Below, in pieces: positions 53,229 to 64,000 of a stretch of DNA of 64,000 bases; the stretch's first letter is position 1, and each line of letters starts with the position of its first letter. Source of the DNA: Eledone cirrhosa (Eukaryota); NCBI GenBank assembly GCA_964016885.1, contig OZ024744.1, positions 58,342,001 through 58,406,000 of the forward strand, given 5' to 3'. The position numbers and the translations under genes were made by a program. The notes under the pieces are model-generated. The model had not been told where the DNA came from. It ran no database searches and saw only the letters and a program-made list of their open reading frames with translations.

Positions 53229-53456
53229 TTTTCTCGTCTGTGTAAATGAGGTGATTAATCTCATTTGCATATGAAGCTGCATAAGTTGGCTCAACTTATA
53301 ATAAAAAAGAAATAGGATTTCGCTTCAAGCATAGCTTTATACAATATGTATAAATATTTCGTATCTCCAAAGAAATACGGTTTTATATATATATATATAT
53401 ATATGTGTGTATATACACACATATATATACATATATATATACGTATATATATATAC

Positions 53457-53487
<31 letters not shown>

Positions 53488-53515
53488 CACATATATATAC
53501 ACATATATATACATT

Positions 53516-53568
<53 letters not shown>

Positions 53569-54004
53569 TGATGATGATGATGATGATGCTGATCATGTAA
53601 AACTCTATATAGATGATACAGGTAAGTAAAAAGATAGAATTTTATCGTTTCGAACTTTCAAACAGAAACCCAGTGACCTGAAGTACATATACATCAGATG
53701 GAAAAATATAGTCGCTTGGTTGGTTGGTTGATTGGTTGGTTGATTGGTTGGTTGAGTGGCTAGATGGTATTTGTAGAATGTAATTATTGTCGAAATCAAG
53801 AGAGTGAAGACAGAAAAACAAACACATACAATTGCACACAGATAGATACAAAACATACAAATTACATTTTTTAGGTTAACTCTCGAATGAAAGGAGAACA
53901 TTCTTTTGAATGTACCAGGCTTTAGTCTTTCATCGAGAAAGAAAAGAGAGTCGGAGAGAAGTTATGCAAGACATAGATAGATATATAGATAGATAAATAT
54001 CTGT

Positions 54005-54122
<118 letters not shown>

Positions 54123-54182
54123 GCTATTAGGTTAAACATAGCCTGAGTCGGTATTGGCAGAAACCTAGCAAAGTTATCAAAG

Positions 54183-54214
<32 letters not shown>

Positions 54215-54704
54215 CACATATGCATATATGTGTACGTGACATATAATAAATAAGCAAGAGAAAAAACTATATAAGTTGGCATGTTTTTTTGATTATTGTT
54301 ATTTATTTTTGCCTTACAATTTGTCAAGCTTCAGGTAAATCTGCATCTCATTAATTTACATTTAAATACTTTAAATACTTTACTTGACGAATTACATTCA
54401 CACTCAAACAGACACACACATCGACACACAGTCAAACACACACACAAACACACACACCCAGACACCTATACACCCACCGACATACGCACACTTACAAACA
54501 CTCACCACTACACACGAAAACACACTTACACACACATATACATACACATATACATACACATACATTCTCTCTGAAGCTGTATTTTTTCCTCCTTATTCTT
54601 ATGCGACATTTTATTGTCCAGAAGGTAATGATACGACCGAGAAGATCTGTATGGAATGCTTGTCACACTACATTCACGACGCCATTGTAACACTTTTTAA
54701 TAGT

Positions 54705-54736
<32 letters not shown>

Positions 54737-54792
54737 TTATTTATTCATCTACCTGTATAACAATCCATTCTATACTATCCCTCTTTATATAC

Positions 54793-54839
<47 letters not shown>

Positions 54840-54964
54840 AGCAAAAGGGATATTCAATTTGTTGGTAATTCAACAAATATAAATGTTTATAACTGATTCA
54901 GAGTACTCAACAAGTTTTCTGGAGTATAATATTCGATGATATTAAATAAATGGAAACTATATTT

Positions 54965-55228
54965 ATAAAACCATATTTATTCTATTATATATATTTCAAG
55001 GGTACCAAAACTTTGGTACGCTTTCACCAGATAAACTACAAAGTTTGTTTTATAAATTTTGACATATCCAAGAAGAAGATGCCTTAACTATCCAAGGAAA
55101 ACCTGAACTGTTAAGGTATCTTTTTCTTGATTACGTCAATATTTATAAAACACACTTTGTATTTTATCTGATGAAAGCGTACCAAAGTTTTGGTACCCTT
55201 GAAATATATATAATAGAATAAATATGGT

Positions 55229-55233
<5 letters not shown>
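54965..55233. mobile_element. Foldback of ~124-bp arms, each carrying a hammerhead
   Basis: 54965-55088 is the reverse complement of 55110-55233; 21-bp spacer. Confidence 0.85.
55160..55220 (+). ncRNA. Type I hammerhead ribozyme
   Basis: TATTTTAT-CTGATGA-AAGCGTACCAAAGTTTTGGTACCCTT-GAAATATATATA^-ATAGAATA; all three stems pair. The minus-strand twin (~54978-55038) reads CTGGTGA. Confidence 0.75.
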
Positions 55234-55304
<71 letters not shown>

Positions 55305-55329
55305 CATATATATATATGTATATATATAC

Positions 55330-55376
<47 letters not shown>

Positions 55377-56597
55377 CACACATATATAGGTATACAGTGT
55401 ATACAATGTATACAATGTATATATATATATGTATATATATATACACACATATATAGGTATACAGTGTATACAATGTATACAATGTATACATACATACATA
55501 TATGTGTATGTGTATTCACAAAAGCACATGTAATTTTACTTGTGCATTACATTAAATAAATAGGAATTTGAGACGGACGGTTTGTCGGTACTCTCAAATG
55601 CACATACACACACTTATATCTGTGTTTATGTATGCGTGCGTACATACGTATACACACACACATATACATATATATATATGTGTGTGTGTATATGTGTGTG
55701 TGTATGTGTGTATATGTGTGTGTATGTGAGTGTGTGTATAAGTTAGGTCAAATATCACTTTAAAGTGAGAGATACAATGTTATCTTGACATTATTTTAGA
55801 ATTCTTCGCCTCTCCATTAATTTCCCTTCATTAATTAGTCAGTCTCTCTCGTCATGTACAGTCATTGCCCAACAGATTATTTTTTTCTCATCTTGCAAAA
55901 ATAAAATAAAAATGTGTCTCTTCTCTTTTCATTCCACCATGATCTTATTCCAAACACCAACTTAATAATGAGAAAATTAGCTATGTTATTAAACCCCTCT
56001 AATTTCTTGATTATTTTCAGAATTATAGGCAGTCTCTTTCATGAGAAATATGGTAATGAAAAGGTTAAGAAAAGGGATGTGTTGACTAGCACCAGAAGTC
56101 GGTCACAACTTTATCTCATGGCACATTATTAACATATATTTCTTTCGATTCATACCGACAGCAACTACAGCTGGTCAATCACTAATTCTAGTGACCGTCC
56201 TTCTGAATCTGAGCCAATTTTTTTGTTCTTTCTCCTTTGCCAAATTCAGCAAATGTCTTCTATATCCGTTTCCACAGTAACCAGCCATTATCATCGTTAT
56301 GTATATTTTTTTTTATCTAAGAGTTTAATTTCCTAAGTTATTCCGGGTGTTGGCAGATAATTCTAATTAATTACATGATTTTTCATGACAGCGTGTATCC
56401 ATCAATGGGCGATGAGATCTATTTTATGCTAGATAAGACTAGTTATTGTTGCTGTTGATGTTTTAGTCAAGTCAACTCTGTCGAGTATAAACGTCTTCGT
56501 TGGGATTATTACGTATGTCTAATATCCATTCTCGACCTAAATATTTATCACGTACTACCCTGATTTGAGGTCATAGCGATCCAATATGCTCAGGACA

Positions 56598-56600
56598 TAT

Positions 56601-56670
<70 letters not shown>

Positions 56671-56975
56671 GTGTGTGTATGTATGTGTGTATGTATGTAT
56701 GTATGTGTGTATGTATGTGTATGTATGTATGTGTGCATGTATGTATGCATGTATGTATGTATGAATGTACGTATGTATGTACGTATGTACGTATGTATGT
56801 ATGTATGTATGTACGTATGTATGTGTGTATGTATGGATATATGTATGTATGTGTGTATGTATGTATGTACGTATGTATGTACGTATGTATGTACGTATAA
56901 TGAGGGGGCAGCCATCATGTATGTATGTATGTATGTATGTGTGTATGTATGTATGTATGTATGTATGTATGTATG
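56598..56975. repeat. (GT)n/(TATG)n microsatellite containing an ~18-nt RTE 3' terminus
   Basis: AATGAGGGGGCAGCCATC at ~56899-56916 between TATG runs. Confidence 0.85.
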
Positions 56976-57133
56976 TTCTTCTCTTTGGTAAATATCATCT
57001 TGGTTAAGAGAGTGGGACTGGCTTTGTGCAGTGCCTTTGCACTAAAAAGCCACACTTGTTCAGCGCATCGGTAGGGGTCCTCCTACATGGATATAAAGTA
57101 GTGGCCGTACTCGAAAACAAGTTGGCAGCCACC
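56975..57133 (+). mobile_element. Internally deleted copy of RTE-derived element B
   Basis: Matches ~4045-4112 joined to ~4259-4351; (TATG)n tail. Confidence 0.85.
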
Positions 57134-57322
57134 ATGTATGTATGTGTGTATGTATGTATGTATGTTCTCTCTTTCTCTTAATTTCGAGTATATTTTTGAC
57201 CGGCCTCCTTCCTGGTGGCAAGGTTGTAAAAGAAAAGAAATTGTCATCCTTTGAATCGCAAGAATGTTTTGCAAATTTTGAAGGTGCCAGCTATCGCAGC
57301 CATTTGTAGACTATGAATGTAT

Positions 57323-57756
57323 GTTCTTCTGGTTTTATAATTTCACAAATGTTTTCCCAATAGAGAGAGAGTCGGTTTCTAACATACACAAGACTCTCTC
57401 ATTGGAATTTACACAACATCAACTAGGTAGATTATGTCTGCACGCCTGCATGTGTAGATATGGATGTTATTGTATGCGTGGATGTGGATGTTTTGAGTTG
57501 TATGTGTGCATGTGTATATTCTTTGTATCTGTACATGTGTGTATGCAGTTATTAAATGCAAAATATTTGGAATGTTTTACATATTTTTACTGTTCCATTA
57601 ATGGATTGTACTTGTAATTTCCTAACTAGTTGTGTTTCTGTTCCTGTGAAGCCCAGCTTCTCAAGATTTGTATTGAGGCAGTTACTAACATACCCCAGTG
57701 CCCCAATAATCACAGGCATAAATCTGAAGGTGTAATCAGGAGTATCTGCAGATTTC
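57323..57756 (-). mobile_element. Second copy of the R4/Dong-like element 3' end
   Basis: PDYTFRFMPVIIGALGYVSNCLNTNLEKLGF nearly identical to ORF 6779..7072; TATG on both flanks. Confidence 0.85.
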
Positions 57757-58004
57757 GTATGTATGTATGTATGTATGTATGTATGTATGTATGTATGTAT
57801 GTATGTATGTATGTATGTATGTATGTATGTATGTATGTATGTATGTATGTATGTATGTATGTATGTATGCATGTATGCACACACACACACACACACACAC
57901 AAATACATATATATATATTACTTATGTCCGCCAACATACACCGATTGGAAAATTTACGTAAACGACCGAGAGAGCTTAAATTGTCATAGCTAGGGTAAAA
58001 ATGT

Positions 58005-58043
<39 letters not shown>

Positions 58044-58295
58044 TATATGTTGGTTTTTTACCGACACCTCAGTATGCGGATTGGAGCACTCGACGAAGTA
58101 CGCAGGTTGGTTTGGTTACTCCGAAGTAATGTAAAGTAATTAAGTCAAATATATAAAATTTGGCTTCGTTTATTAAAGATGTACTGCTATATATATTTCG
58201 GTGACAGCCATCATTGGCTGTGACTTCTTCAGGCAGTCCAAATTAGTGTGGTAGAGACAGGTACACATGTTGTTAAAGTGTTTTACTCCGTCAAT

Positions 58296-58410
58296 ACTCC
58301 GATATGTCCAGCTCCTGGTTGGGTTGTTGTTTCTCTGAGGAACTGGAATCATATAAGATTCCAGTTCCTCGAGAAATAACAACCCAACCAGGAGCGGGAC
58401 ATATCGGAGT
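58296..58410. other. 115-nt near-perfect hairpin (55-bp arms, 6-nt loop)
   Basis: ACTCCGATATGTCC...GGAACTGGAATC-ATATAA-GATTCCAGTTCC...GGACATATCGGAGT. Confidence 0.9.
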
Positions 58411-58823
58411 GGTCTTTGAAATATGTATAATAAAATAAATATGGTTTTATAAATATAGTTTCCATTTCTTAATATATTGTATATATATATATATAACGAA
58501 GGAGGAGTGGTAAGGAACCAGATGGACAATAACGCACCAGAGTACAGAAATAGCCGTCGAAACGGCTTGAGCTCTGCCGTCGGGGTCTAACATTTTCATA
58601 TATATATATATATACATATATATATATGTATGATTTATGTGTGTGTGTGTGTGCATACATATTTGTATGTACATTTGTATGTATATACATGTACATATAT
58701 GTATGTACACACACACACATACACACACACTCACATATATATGTATATATGTTATATATATATATGTTATATATATATATAAATGTTATATATATATATA
58801 TGTGTGTGTACATATATGTGCTC

Positions 58824-58904
<81 letters not shown>

Positions 58905-59179
58905 CGAGCACATATATGTACACACCCACTGACTCTGTGACAGATCAGAAACATGTAGAACGACAATCAAGTGTCAACAAACAAACACCCTCACCCTCTT
59001 TACAAATTTAGCCAAGCTACAACCCACTCCACGCATGCGTGCCACCGAATTTGCCCTGTAATAGCAACCATTGTGATTATTTTATTCTCCTCTGCTAATC
59101 TAAACATGGTTTCACTGGTCAGAATTTATAGATTCTATTCTCTCACTTTCCTTCTTTGTGTAGTTAATAGTGACTTCGA

Positions 59180-59372
59180 ATTAAGACATAAGGCCAACAA
59201 TTTGTGGAAGAGGGGAAAGTCGATTAAAATAACTCCAGTATTTAATTGAGAGTTTATCTTTTTGGCCTCAGAAAGATGAAAGGCAAAGTTGACCTCAGCA
59301 GGATTTAAACTGCGAACATAGATACTTCTGAAGAAATACCACAAAATACTTTGTCCGACGCTCTAACGATTC
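59180..59372 (-). mobile_element. tRNA-derived SINE
   Basis: GATGAAAGGCAAAGTTGACCTCAGCAGGATTTAAACT...GTCCGACGCTCTAACGATTCT is the reverse of the 48879 family. Confidence 0.75.
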
Positions 59373-59507
59373 TCCCTCTCGGTGAAGTTAATAAAAAAAA
59401 AACGTTGGTTACTAAGTTACCGAAGTTTCTTCGCCTTGCAAATTACTCTGACAATACGCAAGACGAAACTTTGATATCTCAGTAATCAACTGTTTTTCAC
59501 GAGTTAG

Positions 59508-59593
<86 letters not shown>

Positions 59594-60209
59594 TATGTAT
59601 TCTAATGTAGTAAGCTAATTTTGTATGAGTCTGTGTATTTTTGTTGGGAAGCGGAATGTCAAACAAACTGTTATACATACACACATACGCATGTATGTAT
59701 GTATGTATGTATGTATGTATGTATGTATGTATGTATGTATGTATGTATGTATGTATGTATGTATACATTCTTTGTGGGGCGTAGACAGGTAGACAAGTAA
59801 ACAATGTTGAAGAATGTCTTACTGATATTTCTAATATTTGATGTGTGGACTAACTCTGTTTGAGCACCAATCCTTGAAATACTTCTGCTGTCCAGATACA
59901 CACATACACATAAGTGCGTGCACACACACGCACACACATATACGCTCAAGCTCAAGCTCACACACCTACATTATCTGTCAAGTGTTATATAACACATAGT
60001 TATTATTATTTTCACCTTTTATCCATCCGATGACAAAAAATGCAAGCACTGGTAGTGTGTTTCGTGGGACATCCGTCGGTTACGACGATGAATGCTCCAG
60101 GTTGATCAACAGAACAGCTAGGTTGTGTAAGTAACAAGCATGTGGTTGAGCATTCTACAGGCATGTATACCTCTGACGAGGTTCTCAGAGTGATTTGGTG
60201 TGATATTGT

Positions 60210-60330
60210 GAAGGCGCGTGCCTGAGTGGTTAGAGTATTGGATTCGCAATCGTGAGGTTGTGAGTTCGATTCTTGGGCAATGCGTTATGTACTTGATCAA
60301 GACACTTTGTTTCACGTTGCTCCTACCTGG
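60210..60330 (+). mobile_element. tRNA-derived SINE head
   Basis: GGCGCGTGCCTGAGTGGTTAG...GAGTTCGATTC; same family as 18384. Confidence 0.75.
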
Positions 60331-60924
60331 AGTTGCGACCGATAGATAGTATTAGCAATTGGAAAGACCAATGGAAACATTGTTTCCATTGGTCCGATTT
60401 GACGAAAGTCGATCGACTGTCGACAGTGTGTGACAAGGATTGCTTTTTGAAATATATTTACGACTGATTTTTCCACAGCTAAGAGGAAAGGAGCAGCCTG
60501 AAATAAAGAGAGCACGGCGCGCCAAAACTTGAACTTACGACCTTACGACCGTAAACCGAACACTCTAAGCCATGCTCATTTTCAGTCCAGCCACAGAAGA
60601 ATGCTGTATCAATCAAACTAATTTCATCTTTTCCTATACTATTTTGTTGAATTTATGTATTAGACTTGACTGTGCTAATCTCTTATGAAAGGCATTCCAG
60701 GCGAGACCTTTATTTTGTACCACAGGAAGTACACAGTTGTGTGTCATTACTGTTATAAAACTGCAGTATGCTTAATTTGAGTAAGATTTGGTTGCTATTT
60801 CTAGCCAGAGCGGACGTCTAATGTAAACCTTCTAATCGTGATCATCTATCTTTATAGAACAGGGACTTCATTCTCTCGGGGATTTTTCTTGTTTGAAGGC
60901 GGTAGAATAATGTTTGAAGAAGCT

Positions 60925-61500
60925 ATATATACATGTATATATTTATATATATATACATATATATATACATATATATATACATATATATATACATATATAT
61001 GTATGTATATATACATATACATATATACATATATATGTATGTATATATACAGATACATATATATATATACATATATATGTATGTATATATACAGATACAT
61101 ATATATATATACATATATATGTATGTATATATATATATATACATATATTTATATATATATATATGTATCTATATATACATATACATATATGTATATATAT
61201 GTATGTATGTATACATATATATATATACATATCTATATATACATATATATGTATGTATATATACATATACATATATATATATATATACATATATATCTAT
61301 GCATTTATACATATACATATATATATATATATACATATATATGTATGAATATATACATATACATATATATATACATTATATGTATGTATATATACATATA
61401 CATATACGTTATATGTATGTATATATACACATACATATACATATATATATGTATGTATATATACATATACATATATGTATATATATGTATGTATATATAC

Positions 61501-61531
<31 letters not shown>

Positions 61532-62162
61532 CATATATGTATATATATGTATGTATATATACATATATATATGTATATATATATGTATGTATACATATAC
61601 ATATATATATATGTATATATATATGTACGTATATATACATATACATATATATATGTATATATATATACATATATATATGTATATATATATGTATGTATAT
61701 ATACGTATATATATGTATATATATATGTATGTATATATACATATATATATGTATATATATATGTACATATATATGTATGTATATATACATATATATATGT
61801 ATATATATATGTAAAGTATATATACATATACATATATATATATGTATATATATATGTATGTATATATACATATACATATATATATATGTATATATATATG
61901 TATGTATATATAAATATACATATATATATGTATATATTTATGTATGTATATATAAATATACATATATATATGTATATATTTATGTATGTATATATATATA
62001 CATATACATATATATATACGTATGTATATATACACATACATATATATATGTACATATATATGTATGTATATATACATATACATATATATATGTATATATA
62101 TATATACATATACATATATATATATATACATATATATATGTATATTTATATATACATATACG

Positions 62163-62203
<41 letters not shown>

Positions 62204-62370
62204 GTATATATATATACATATACATATATATATAAATACATATACATATACATACATATATGTATATATATATATACATATACATATATATATACATATA
62301 CATATGTATATATACATATACCTATGTATATGTATATATATATATATATATACATATACCTATATATATG

Positions 62371-62401
<31 letters not shown>

Positions 62402-62475
62402 GTATATATATATGTATATATAGGTATATATATATACATATACCTATATATATATGTATAAATATATATATATAC

Positions 62476-62521
<46 letters not shown>

Positions 62522-62606
62522 ATATATGTATATATATATATACATATATATATACATATAGACACATATATATATACATATACATATATATATATACATA
62601 TATATA

Positions 62607-62648
<42 letters not shown>

Positions 62649-62894
62649 ACATATACATATATATATATATACATATACATATACATATATATATACATAT
62701 ACATATACATATATATATATATACATATACATATACATATACATATATATATATTCATATACATATACATATACATATATATATATACATATACATATAT
62801 ATATACATATATATATATACATATACATATACATATATATATATACATATACATATACATATATATATATACATATATATATATATACATATAC

Positions 62895-62925
<31 letters not shown>

Positions 62926-62992
62926 CATATATATATATACTTATAAATATATATATATACATATACATATACATATATATACATACTTATAC

Positions 62993-63023
<31 letters not shown>

Positions 63024-63155
63024 CATATATATACATACTTATACATATATATATATACATATATATATACATATATATACATACTTATACATATATATAT
63101 ATACATACATATACATATATATATATACATATACATATACATATATATACATACT

Positions 63156-63191
<36 letters not shown>

Positions 63192-63204
63192 TATATACAT
63201 ATAC

Positions 63205-63235
<31 letters not shown>

Positions 63236-63318
63236 CATATACATATACATATATACATATATATATATATATACATATACATATACATATATATATATAT
63301 ACATATACATATATATAC

Positions 63319-63350
<32 letters not shown>

Positions 63351-63434
63351 ATACATATACATATATATACATATACATATACATATATATATACATATAC
63401 ATGTATATATATATGTATATATATATATGTGTAT

Positions 63435-63466
<32 letters not shown>

Positions 63467-63505
63467 GTATATGTATATATATATATGTATATATATATGT
63501 ATATA

Positions 63506-63548
<43 letters not shown>

Positions 63549-63558
63549 GTATATATAT

Positions 63559-63627
<69 letters not shown>

Positions 63628-63683
63628 TGTATATATATATATATGTATATATATATGTATATATATATATGTATATATATATG

Positions 63684-63720
<37 letters not shown>

Positions 63721-63727
63721 GTATATA

Positions 63728-63758
<31 letters not shown>

Positions 63759-63856
63759 GAATGTATATATATATATATATATGTATGTATATATATATAT
63801 GTATGTATATATGTATATATATATATATGTATATATATATGTATATACACATATAA

Positions 63857-63887
<31 letters not shown>

Positions 63888-64000
63888 CATATATATATAC
63901 ATATATATATACATATACATATATATATACATATATATATATACATATATATATACATACATATATATATACATATATATATATATACATATACATATAT
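60925..64000. repeat. >3-kb compound (TA)n/(TATACA)/(TATG) microsatellite, running off the window
   Basis: Direct inspection; the long Y/I-rich ORFs here are artefacts. Confidence 0.97.

Noticed and set aside
60838-63996. Long ORFs up to 465 aa
   Set aside because: Y/I/C/M/H translations of TA/TG/CA microsatellites; the same applies to similar ORFs at 16.0-16.5, 51.7-59 kb and inside the satellite

Overview
Repeat-saturated eukaryotic DNA with no convincing host gene. The SINE, LINE and microsatellite inventory resembles coleoid cephalopod (Octopus-like) genomes; this is inferred from pattern recognition, not a search. Positions 1-17 kb are a nest of decayed non-LTR retroelements: an RNase H-bearing I-group LINE, Tx1, RTE, an R4/Dong-like RLE element and two Penelope-like elements. 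Positions ~19-47 kb are a ~28 kb array of a 30/32-bp satellite with higher-order repeats, interrupted by a nearly intact Tx1 ORF2 and a CR1 3' end. Positions 47-64 kb hold SINEs, a MITE, foldback elements and long microsatellites. Two findings stand out. (1) Several distinct type I hammerhead ribozymes with palindromic stem III sit in short non-coding, Penelope/retrozyme-like insertions, one of them a 913-bp TSD-flanked element with two oppositely oriented hammerheads. (2) RTE tails generate (TATG)n tracts, and further RTE derivatives and an R4/Dong-like element sit inside those tracts at two loci 50 kb apart. Most ORFs in the supplied track are microsatellite artefacts.
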